A stretch of 64,000 nucleotides of DNA from an uncultured Acidobacteriota bacterium (lineage in GTDB: Bacteria; Acidobacteriota; UBA6911; RPQK01; JAPXNP01): contig CAVZRV010000007.1 of the NCBI GenBank assembly GCA_963777605.1, positions 96,001 through 160,000 of the forward strand. The letters are read 5' to 3'. Each line of letters starts with the position of its first letter. Position 1 is the stretch's first letter. Of the stretch, positions 19,597-28,662 are shown one piece after another. The position numbers were made by a program, and so were the translations under genes. The notes below the pieces were generated by a model. The model worked only from the letters and a program-made list of their open reading frames with translations. It searched no databases and was not told the DNA's origin.

Positions 19597-20493
19597 TCAG
19601 ATCCGCTGCTCGATCCAATCAAGGTTGCGTTTTGCCGAATCGACCGGATTGCGGTCTTCCGGTTCGTCCTCCCAGGAATAGACGCCCTGGTATTCCACCT
19701 CGCGGAGCGCCTTCAGGCATCCTTCGACATCGGCCACTCCCTCTCCCAGCAGGCAGGTTTCGTGAGCACCCGATCGCCTCACGTCCTTGATGTGGGTGTG
19801 CCGAACCAGCGACCCGCACGCCCGGATCACCTCCGGACCGGATACGCCCTGCGTCCCCAACCAGCCCGTGTCGATGCAGACACCAAGCCATTCGTTTCCA
19901 CCTCCCACCTTTGAGAGGATCTCTTCGGGGCTCTTCTCCGGATGGTTCTCGATATTGAAACGGATGCCCGTCTCCCGACAAAGAGAAGTTGCATCGTCCG
20001 GATTCAATACTCCCAGTCCACCATCGACATGGGGAATCTCGAGCCATTCGCAGATCCGGGCCGTCTCGGGACTAAACCTCCCAGCGTAGGCGATCGGTTT
20101 CAGACCGGCCTCGGTCAAGATCTTCTTCCATTCCAACGCCTTGGCCCGGTCGAGGGTTTCGGGGGAGGCATGCGCTTCCCATATCTCCACCGCCCTGAAC
20201 CCCTCTCCCGCTATCTCATCACAAATTGAGTGCCAAGCCTCGACGTCCGTCGCCGCGACCGTCTTCGCATGCTGATCCATCCAATTCTGCAACCGGTACC
20301 GGTAGCCTGTGACCCGACCAACCAGGTTCGCCGTATTGAACGCAACTAATGGCCTCTTCTCGGGTACTGAGATGCCGGCCCGGGCGCGTCCCGAAAGGGA
20401 ACAGAGCGACACCCCGCCGAAAACGCAGCGTCCGAGAAACTCACGTCGGTCCAAGCAATTATCCCCCATCGATTTTGGCCAATTGACACTCAT
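19597..20493 (-). CDS. Sugar phosphate isomerase/epimerase (xylose isomerase-like TIM barrel), Tat-like signal
   Basis: DRREFLG signal; IENH, IDTGW, HIKD, WEDE metal motifs. Confidence 0.85.
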   Translation of the reverse strand: MSVNWPKSMGDNCLDRREFLGRCVFGGVSLCSLSGRARAGISVPEKRPLVAFNTANLVGRVTGYRYRLQNWMDQHAKTVAATDVEAWHSICDEIAGEGFRAVEIWEAHASPETLDRAKALEWKKILTEAGLKPIAYAGRFSPETARICEWLEIPHVDGGLGVLNPDDATSLCRETGIRFNIENHPEKSPEEILSKVGGGNEWLGVCIDTGWLGTQGVSGPEVIRACGSLVRHTHIKDVRRSGAHETCLLGEGVADVEGCLKALREVEYQGVYSWEDEPEDRNPVDSAKRNLDWIEQRI

Positions 20494-20843
20494 ACGGTGC
20501 ACTCCCAGCGAAATCAGGAACCAATTGACTCCCTGACGCGACACTTCCGCCACCTGACAGCAAAGTCGCTGCCGGCGAAACCGGCACGTGATTGCTCAAT
20601 ATTGGCGCACCTGTGAGTCAGGCGCAATAACAATAGCAGGGGCCGCTACCTCAATAAATCCGCCGTGCTTTTCGACGAATCCCGATGAGCACTCGCTCGA
20701 TTGGGAAGGGACTGGGTTCCTCGAGAGCCAACCGATTATTCCCGATGATGCATCTAAGGTAGGCATCGGCCAAACGAGAAATGTCCACCCAAACGGTGCC
20801 TCTACTTCACCGTCCATCCGGAGTCAGCCGAAACAGACGTAGT

Positions 20844-22655
20844 TCAGGCCGTCCGGACCGTTCCGGAAATTCCGGCCGAAGCCCGGTTCGCTATTCGGCG
20901 ACGAACTTCGAACGCGAATCGAAGGTAGGCTCGATCAGCGTCAATGCTTGGTGCCCGCACAATCCCCGAGACGCAGTGGATGCCACCGTTGTAGAGGAGC
21001 ATGTGCTGGGCGTAGATGGGTACAACGCGCACGGATGACGGCAGTTGATCGCCGAGATCCTCAATCAACCGTGATTCCGCTGTACCCAGGCCGAAATTGG
21101 GGACAAACAAATTCGGCTCAACGAAAAGGGAATTCACGTAGCTGATGCCGGTCCACGGCACGCCCAGTTCACCGTTTCCGGCGATTTTCGGCACTCTCAC
21201 GACTTTGAATCCCATCCGCTCCAATTCGCGGGCCTTGGCCTCGAGGCGTTCCGGCCGTGGAGTCGCGTTCGATGGCAACTGACTTGAGACAATCGCCAGC
21301 AGGCGATCAGGAAGCCGGTGGTCCGTCCAGTCCATCAGCGACTCAGTAACCCACTCGTTCATGAATCCCAGATTTCTTCGCAGGACCCGGTTCTCATGGT
21401 CAACGCTGAGGCACCTGCTCAACTGGGACGGACAGTTGGTCTGGATGTACGCGTTGATCTCCGAGATCAGCTGAGGGTTCTTCCGGACCGTCCACGAGAG
21501 GTTGCGTTCCCTGATTCTGTGAAGCAAATCGTCAATGTACTGGGAGTTCTCGCCGACAACAGGTCTTCCTTCTCGAATGAGGCGGTCAACTTCCTGGAAC
21601 TCAGGAGCCTGCACATCGGGATAGGCTTCCCTCAGGTACGTCCACGCTGCCCTGGCGATTTCGAGATTGTTCCGGAGTGGACAGGAAACGAGAACGATCT
21701 TCTCGGCCGGCAGGAAAGCTGCGGCGTAGTCTACATGCGCTTCCAGTCCGCTCATGTCAACGGCATAGTCCGCGCCGAATTCCGACTTCAGAACATAGGC
21801 ATATTCATCATCCGTCAAGCCATTGCCCCAGTAGGCTTTTGCTGCGTTTCCATAGACGATGACGAGCATTTTTGGGTTCCACGGATGTTGAACAAAGAGC
21901 AGGTCCCCACCTTCCCAGGAGAGATTTGATCGAACAGTTTCCGATCGGTCAAAGGAATTCAGGAGCGGCTGAAACCGCTGCCCGGCCTGCTGAGAGCCCT
22001 CGAACAAGCTTCGTGTAATGAGGATTTTGCGCTTCTGCCCGACCCGTCCACTCTTGAGGTAATCCTGCGCCCAGGGGTTCGCACTGTCGACACCGGCGTT
22101 GTTGCGCAGCTGCAGCCGGTGGATCGAATTCGGAAAGTGGAACTCGGTGGCCTCCTGACGCCACTCCCCGTCCTGGTCACCGGCTATGCCGATCGAGACC
22201 TTGAGAGGCCGGGACACCTGCTGCAGCAGCTGTTTCACGATGTCGAGCGAATCTCCGATCACACTCTCCCGGAAGCTGAAATAGCTCAATGTGTTGACGT
22301 CGAAGTAGAGGTCGGAGACAGGCCAGTTGTCGGGATCCGCCTGAAAGCCCGGCATCGAGGGCTGGTACCAGACATGGCAGACCCGGGCTCCTCGGGTCCG
22401 GACCAGTCCCCCGTCGAATACGAGTCCAAAATGTCTGAATGCCCGCTCAAGAGTCAGAATGTCATCGGAACATGCGAAGTTCAGAGCGGTCTTGGAAATC
22501 GCGTTGGCAAAGGTTGCATCCACCGGAAAAACATCAAGATTTACACCCATTTTCGCCAGTTCGGCACGGGGGCCCTTGTCCGCGAAAGCATTCTGAAGAG
22601 AACCCAAAAGCAAGATACAGAGGGTGCACGTCAGCAGCTTGAACGAGGACTTCAT
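20844..22655 (-). CDS. Secreted pentein-fold deiminase (protein-arginine/agmatine deiminase-like)
   Basis: AAGGAGG RBS, signal peptide; PWAQD, WEGGD, AHVD, SYVN, GGIHC. Confidence 0.75.
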   Translation of the reverse strand: MKSSFKLLTCTLCILLLGSLQNAFADKGPRAELAKMGVNLDVFPVDATFANAISKTALNFACSDDILTLERAFRHFGLVFDGGLVRTRGARVCHVWYQPSMPGFQADPDNWPVSDLYFDVNTLSYFSFRESVIGDSLDIVKQLLQQVSRPLKVSIGIAGDQDGEWRQEATEFHFPNSIHRLQLRNNAGVDSANPWAQDYLKSGRVGQKRKILITRSLFEGSQQAGQRFQPLLNSFDRSETVRSNLSWEGGDLLFVQHPWNPKMLVIVYGNAAKAYWGNGLTDDEYAYVLKSEFGADYAVDMSGLEAHVDYAAAFLPAEKIVLVSCPLRNNLEIARAAWTYLREAYPDVQAPEFQEVDRLIREGRPVVGENSQYIDDLLHRIRERNLSWTVRKNPQLISEINAYIQTNCPSQLSRCLSVDHENRVLRRNLGFMNEWVTESLMDWTDHRLPDRLLAIVSSQLPSNATPRPERLEAKARELERMGFKVVRVPKIAGNGELGVPWTGISYVNSLFVEPNLFVPNFGLGTAESRLIEDLGDQLPSSVRVVPIYAQHMLLYNGGIHCVSGIVRAPSIDADRAYLRFAFEVRRRIANRASAGISGTVRTA

Positions 22656-23193
22656 GAGGGACCTCCTTATAGGGCTGGGTTGGCCTGGGACCACTCACTT
22701 CCGGTGAAGAGCCCTCCAGTCGATTTCCATTAATCAAACCCCAAGCCGGACTCTCATTTCACAACTTCTAGAACGAAATTGGGGCCTGATCCGTTACTCG
22801 AATTTGGGATGAAAGAGGAGGTTGCGAAGTCGGCGCAAACGGGCAAGATTTTGCCGCTTGCGCCGGAGTTCTCCGAGCCCGTTCGATCGACTCCGCGAGT
22901 CGCCTTCACGGGTACCTGCGGGCCGATCGACGCAGAGGCTCGGATCAGCGGACGACGGCCGGCAGGAAATCCGATTTCCCCAGCAGGAAGGGACAGCGGG
23001 AGGGAATGCAGACCCTGCTCGTCGATTCAACGATCAGATTCAACGATCAACTGAAACGCCACTGCGCCGGAGAATCAAGAAGGAGCACTCGTCCTATTCA
23101 TGCTCGTGCAAAGTGCCCATTTACCATTCGCATTGCACGCTGCCGCCACAGCGGCAAGAGGTTACCCACTGTGAAGGCCGCAACGGGAGCTGA

Positions 23194-23646
23194 TCAATGC
23201 TGGGTCCGGGGCAGCAGGCCACCCAGAGCCCAACCGATCGTGCCGGCCACCATTCCAATGATGGAGTTGGCGATCACTCCCGCCGTGCGCGCCCCGACCG
23301 CCTGTGCGAACGCGACTTCGCCTGGCTGACCCGTGATCGCGACAGGATTATTGAACGCCGTCTGAACTCCTACGATGTAGGACACGACGGTTCCCCCGAA
23401 AATCAGGATCTGGGCGAACAGCGCAATCATGAGGCAGGCCAACAGCGCGTCAACGATCCTGTAGCTGCGATAGGCTCTGCCGACGGCTCCCCAGATGAGA
23501 CACAGGTGAACGGTCATGGGAACCATGGCAAAGAGCCGGTTGCCGAGTTCATATGAACCGCCAGCGGCACCCACGATAAGTTTTCCAAAGAAAAATAGCA
23601 GCAGAAGCAGCAGAGGCAAACGAACGAACTGTAGCTTTTCGGACAT
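23194..23646 (-). CDS. Hypothetical membrane protein with about 4 TM segments
   Basis: AAGGAG RBS before MSEKLQF; hydrophobic segments. Confidence 0.7.
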   Translation of the reverse strand: MSEKLQFVRLPLLLLLLFFFGKLIVGAAGGSYELGNRLFAMVPMTVHLCLIWGAVGRAYRSYRIVDALLACLMIALFAQILIFGGTVVSYIVGVQTAFNNPVAITGQPGEVAFAQAVGARTAGVIANSIIGMVAGTIGWALGGLLPRTQH

Positions 23647-23760
23647 TATTCGGCTCCTTTTTGAGACGCCAACAGTAGTTACGATTGGACCTGAACGGAT
23701 TGAATTGGTGAATTTATAGCACAATCCCGGGGACAGTCCCTATCAGAATTTATGGCATCT

Positions 23761-25966
23761 TCACCTGGAGGTTATGGAAAACTTGCGCAGGCTCGTCGTG
23801 GTCTCCGGAACCGGATCACCCTTCGGAGTTGCCACTGCCCGAAGGATGAAGTCCCCCGGGGATTCCGGAAACCGGACCGAAAAAAGATAGGTCTGCTGCC
23901 CCAGGGGATCCAACTCGAAGGGCTGGGAAAGCACTTCTGAGACAGGCCCTCCCTTCTCTTCGATCCGCAAAGACAGTGCTCCTGATACCGGACGTTGTTC
24001 GTCGCTGATCATCATCACGGCAACCCTGCGTTCTGTCCCCGCAACGATCTCAGGCTGCCAGAAATTGACGTAGACACCAAGTGGGCGAAAGGCTTGCTGC
24101 ATGTACCTGGCGAACGGCTCGTGCAGCTCCAGGGTTCGCACGTCCTTGAAATGATCGGAAGTGAAGACTCCGGGATAACTGCAGGTCAGGAAGACGAAGT
24201 GGAGCACGCCGGCGAAGTTTCGGTGCGCGCGCCAGAACTCAGTCAACCCTCCCAGCAGATACCCATCCAGCTCGAGGCGCTCTTCCGGGGTCGCCTCGGC
24301 GCCCAGGAGACGCGCGTAGACTTCCCGGGTCAATTCCGTCGGCGTACCGTCCCGGTTCAGCCAAAGCCAGCCGTATTCATTGATGAACGGTGCGTGCGCA
24401 GTCGGATGGGCGGAATTGGTTGTCTTGCCACCGGTCATCCGCTCGAGTTCCGTCATCGAAAAACCGGGTTTCGAGGCATCGTTCCAGTTTCTACTGAACA
24501 GGTAGGGGTGGTCCTCCACCGGATCGTTCGCCTCGACCGGAATGGTGTAGCCGTTCTCCCATGGGCGGTTGCTCAGGTCAAACTTGCGGACTTCGGGGAT
24601 CACCTTTCGGGCAAGAACGTCCCCGGCGGTTTCGTTGGAGGCGTCCCAGAGCGCCACGCTGGGGTGGTTCCAGTGATCCCGCATCCACTCCTTGTACTGG
24701 TCAACCAGGAGGGGAACGTTCCACTCGTCGTGCCAGCTGTTCCAACTTTCTCCTCCAGTCCAGATGAAGAACTCGTTCTGAATCAGCAGTCCCGCCTCAT
24801 CGGCAATCTGAAACCAGAGATCGGGGGCGGGGCCGATGCAGAACCGGAAGGCGTTCCAGTGAAACTCTTTCGGGATCTCCATGAGGAGCTTGCGGACCCA
24901 CTGCTCGTTCCAGACCAGGTCGCCGGCGGCAGGGTCTTCGAAGAAACGGTGCAGCGTAATGTTGGACCCGCGCAGGAAGTACACCTCTCCGTTGAGGTAA
25001 GCGCGCTTGGTCGCCGTGTCGAAGCGGAATTCCCTCATCCCAAAGCGGGTGTCGAGCGAATCGCCTCCGGTCGTGGATTCAAGGACATAGAGGTTGGGAT
25101 CCTCGGGAGTCCAGAGACGTGCGCCGGGTATTGAAACGTTTTGGCGCACGGTTCGGACTTCCCCCGCTCCGAGCACGAAGCGCTCCGGATTCCCCGCCCC
25201 AGCGGTCACTTCATCCTTCCAGGGACGGACCCGATGGGAAAGCTCGGTACTCCCGTTCCGGACCGTAGTTACGGATCACGGTCTCGACGAGAATACTGGA
25301 GTCACTGATTCTCGGGGCGACCTGAACGGTCTCGATCACCGCACCGTCAGCAAAATAGACGGAGACGCTGTCGTATATCCCGGGTGTCCACTTCAGCTTT
25401 TCGAAGTCGGTGCCTGCCGGAATGGTCTCCGGGATCATGTCGGGATGGGCACCGATACGAACCACCAGCGTGTTCTCCCGTTCCCAGCGGATGGCCGGCG
25501 ACAGGTCAAAAAACCCTGCCGTGAAACAGAACTGGTGTTCCCCGACCGGTTGGCCGTTGAGCCAGACCTTGATGCCGAACTGGGCCTTGTTAATCTTGAG
25601 GACAGCCGCATCATGTCGCCCGGGAGCGCCGAAGGTCCGCCGGTACCAGAAGTAGTTTCGTTTCTGACGGGTGATCCCGACACCTTTTGGACGGCTCTCG
25701 GCCGGGACCTTCCCTTCCCGAATCCACTTGTCGAACAACTCCCGGCTCTCGAACTGATCCACGTCAACAAACCCGGGCTGCGACTGGTTGGCGAGGCCCG
25801 GCACTGGGACAGTGTGTGAGAAAGACGCGGGGACCTGGTCAGGATTCACGGAGTCCGCGATGTCCCAGGTACCGTCCAGGGAGACGGTGAATCGTCCAGC
25901 AAGCCCAACTTCGACAATGGCCATCAGAGTGACCCATACAAGCAAAAGAGTCCGACCGGTTTTCAT
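23761..25966 (-). CDS. Glycoside hydrolase family 2, secreted, frameshift at ~25240
   Basis: SLDGTW, FWYRRTF, LWTPEDPNLY, RFGMREF, NHPSVALWDASNE, INEYG. Confidence 0.88.
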
Positions 25967-26292
25967 TATCCCGAAGTCTAGCCCGAATCTTCCGGGCGCT
26001 CCAGCAGGATCGGAAATGAAGCAACTGGCTGCCCTTAAGGAATGCCGGGTCAAGGGACCGGCATCGCCGGAATCGAGGTCAGCTGAAATTGCAGGGGATC
26101 CCTCTGAACAATCTCCTGGCGAAGCACCACGAGGTAGAACTCGCTGGATTAGGCCGGCGCCCGCGCCGCGAGCGTCGCTTCCCGAAGTATCCGGGCACGG
26201 AACGCCGTGCGCGCATCCAGAAGCGTTGGAGGGAGGAAGGATCTGCAGCCATCAGGATTCTCCCGGAGGCTCGGGGGCCTCCTGAAAATAAG

Positions 26293-27135
26293 CTACTCGA
26301 CAAGACGTCCGTACTTCTTCAAGACTTCACGAAGCCGGTCATGGGGCAGAGCCTGCACCACGTGACCGTCGCGCCCCTCCATGGTTTTAGCGGCAACGAG
26401 TGCATTCACGATAGCTTCTTCGGTCGCCTGCACCACCGCATCGAACATGGGATCAAGCTGATCATTCGGAATCATCTTGACGGAGGCCACCCCGGTACGG
26501 GATTCCACCTCCGAGTTGGCGGTCGAGAACGCAATGAAAATGTCCCCCGACCCGTTTCCCGAGGTACTCCCCATGCGCGCAACTCCCATCGTGGCCCTCC
26601 TGGCCAGGCGCTTCAACTGGTGGGGCAGCAACGGTGCGTCGGTCGCAACAACCACGATGATCGATCCCTCCTCCCGGCTCCAAACCAGGTTGCCCGGGAT
26701 TTCCCGTCCGACCGGGGCCCCTGCGATCCGCAACTGAATGACCGCATCTCTGACGACCCCCACACTGTGCGTGTTGGTGATCAGGATCGGGCCCTCCAGG
26801 ATCCCTGATTCCTCGATCCAGGTCGTCCCGGTCATCTCTCCGTTCCCGTTCTGGGAGAACCAGCCGGCAAAGACCCGGCTCGACGCCACCTTTCCCTTCG
26901 GAAGAACCGCGGTAACCCCGGTCCTCACCGGTCCTTTGCCCGGCTGGAGTTTTCCCGAGCCGGAGATCAGCGTCGTGTGCCCGATTTCGACTCCGCGGAC
27001 GTCGGTGATTGCATTGAGGGGACCCGGCTGCCCGTCGAACGGGACCCCCAGGTCACGGGCGCGAACTCTTTCTTGACCGTAGCCAACCGCGACGATCAAC
27101 ACCGAGATCTGAACGGCGAGAAACACTCTCTTCAT
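26293..27135 (-). CDS. DmpA/BapA (P1 family) D-/beta-aminopeptidase with an apparent internal in-frame deletion
   Basis: RARDLG, NAITDV, RTGVTAV, NGNGEMTG, TNTHSVG, GSIIVVVATDAPL, NGSGDIFIAFST; only 280 aa. Confidence 0.85.
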   Translation of the reverse strand: MKRVFLAVQISVLIVAVGYGQERVRARDLGVPFDGQPGPLNAITDVRGVEIGHTTLISGSGKLQPGKGPVRTGVTAVLPKGKVASSRVFAGWFSQNGNGEMTGTTWIEESGILEGPILITNTHSVGVVRDAVIQLRIAGAPVGREIPGNLVWSREEGSIIVVVATDAPLLPHQLKRLARRATMGVARMGSTSGNGSGDIFIAFSTANSEVESRTGVASVKMIPNDQLDPMFDAVVQATEEAIVNALVAAKTMEGRDGHVVQALPHDRLREVLKKYGRLVE

Positions 27136-27206
27136 CTGAGGTCTCCTCTTCGCCTCGCAGGTTTGGAACCATTTTCTTCGTACGGATCGATACCTGACGG
27201 CCAGGG

Positions 27207-28640
27207 TTAGACTTTGGCCTCCAGTTCCATCGCGGCCGTACTCTCGACCAGATCCAGCAGTCGTTCGAGGTCGCCGTCTGTCGTGGACGGATTCATGAGC
27301 GTTGTCCGAAGGAATCGTCCCCGCTTCAACTGAACCTGGACAATATAGAAATCGCCCTGCTCGATGATGCGCTGCCTGATCGTCGCGTTTAGCTGATCCG
27401 ATTCCCCGGGGGAACACCTTTGATCGACGACCCTGAAACAGACGATGTTGCTTTCGGGTTCCTGGGCCAGTTCGAGTCGCCGCCGCCCTCGAATTGCCGT
27501 TGCGAAATTGCGAGCCAGATCATAGGTCCGATCCACGTATTCGGCGTACAGGTCGGTACCGAAAGCCTTGATCACGGTAAAGACCTTCAGTCCCATCATC
27601 AGCTTGGTGCACTCCAGGGTCCGCTTCGAGAAATCAAACCACTCCTGCTCCTGGTCCTTGTTCCAGAGGTAGGATGCCCGTTCGGAGAACGTCCGGTAGG
27701 AATCCTTCCCGTCCCGAAAAAGGACTCCCGTGATCACCCCTGGGGCGAGCAGCATCTTGTGAAAATCGATCACCACGGAATCGGCCGCCTCCAACCCGCG
27801 CAGCAAGTGCCGGTAACGCTTCGAGAAGACCGCGGCTACCCCGTGAGCCCCATCGACATGAAGCCAGAGGCCATTCTTCCTGCAAAACCTGGAGATGGAC
27901 ACGAGATCGTCGTATGCCCCCGTCCCCGTAGTGCAGGCATTGGCAATCAACCCGATAACCCTCACCCCGCTCGAGGAGGCTCGCTCGAGGGCCGGTGCAA
28001 GTGCGCCCGGATCGACACGATAATCTTCGTCCACCGCAACCGGGATGATTGAGCTTTCCTCCAGACCCATGATTCGAAGCGCTTTCGAGTTGGAGTAGTG
28101 GCACGCTTCCGATATCAAGAAACCCGTTGGCCTATGGTCCCCGGGAATTGACTTTGCCTGGCGGGCAGCCAAAAGCGCGGTCAGGTTCCCGAGGCTTCCA
28201 CCCGAGGTCATTACACCGTCGGACGAGTCGGGGAACCCCATTGCTCGCGAAGTCAGTTCCAGGACGGCACGCTCCATCGCCGTGTTGGCGGGTCCCATCT
28301 CAAAGATGGCCGAGCCATTGTTCAACAGGCTCGCCGCCATCCCGGCCACGGCTCCAATCGGCGCCGGCGCACACACCTGGTGGCCGACGTATCCCTGATG
28401 GTGGAGGTGGATCGAGTCCTCCAGGAGTTCTCCAAACAGCTTGCGAACCGAGAACTGGTCGTTGCTCTGGAGCATTTCGGAGTACTTGCGGTACATCTGC
28501 CCCGGCTCTCTTCTGGGCAGCACCGGCAGGTCGGTGCCGGCCCGCAAACCGGCGAGGTAGTCCGCCAGGAGGTCAACCAGTTCGTGCCCGGCTTTCCGAA
28601 AGCCATCCGGATCGTAGGCCCGTTCAAGAAGAGACGTCAT
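27207..28640 (-). CDS. Group II PLP-dependent amino acid decarboxylase
   Basis: YVGHQV, TSGGSLGNLTAL, HYS, WLHVDGAHG, DFHK (PLP lysine). Confidence 0.9.
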   Translation of the reverse strand: MTSLLERAYDPDGFRKAGHELVDLLADYLAGLRAGTDLPVLPRREPGQMYRKYSEMLQSNDQFSVRKLFGELLEDSIHLHHQGYVGHQVCAPAPIGAVAGMAASLLNNGSAIFEMGPANTAMERAVLELTSRAMGFPDSSDGVMTSGGSLGNLTALLAARQAKSIPGDHRPTGFLISEACHYSNSKALRIMGLEESSIIPVAVDEDYRVDPGALAPALERASSSGVRVIGLIANACTTGTGAYDDLVSISRFCRKNGLWLHVDGAHGVAAVFSKRYRHLLRGLEAADSVVIDFHKMLLAPGVITGVLFRDGKDSYRTFSERASYLWNKDQEQEWFDFSKRTLECTKLMMGLKVFTVIKAFGTDLYAEYVDRTYDLARNFATAIRGRRRLELAQEPESNIVCFRVVDQRCSPGESDQLNATIRQRIIEQGDFYIVQVQLKRGRFLRTTLMNPSTTDGDLERLLDLVESTAAMELEAKV

Positions 28641-28662
28641 AACATGTCGATCTTTTCCCAGG

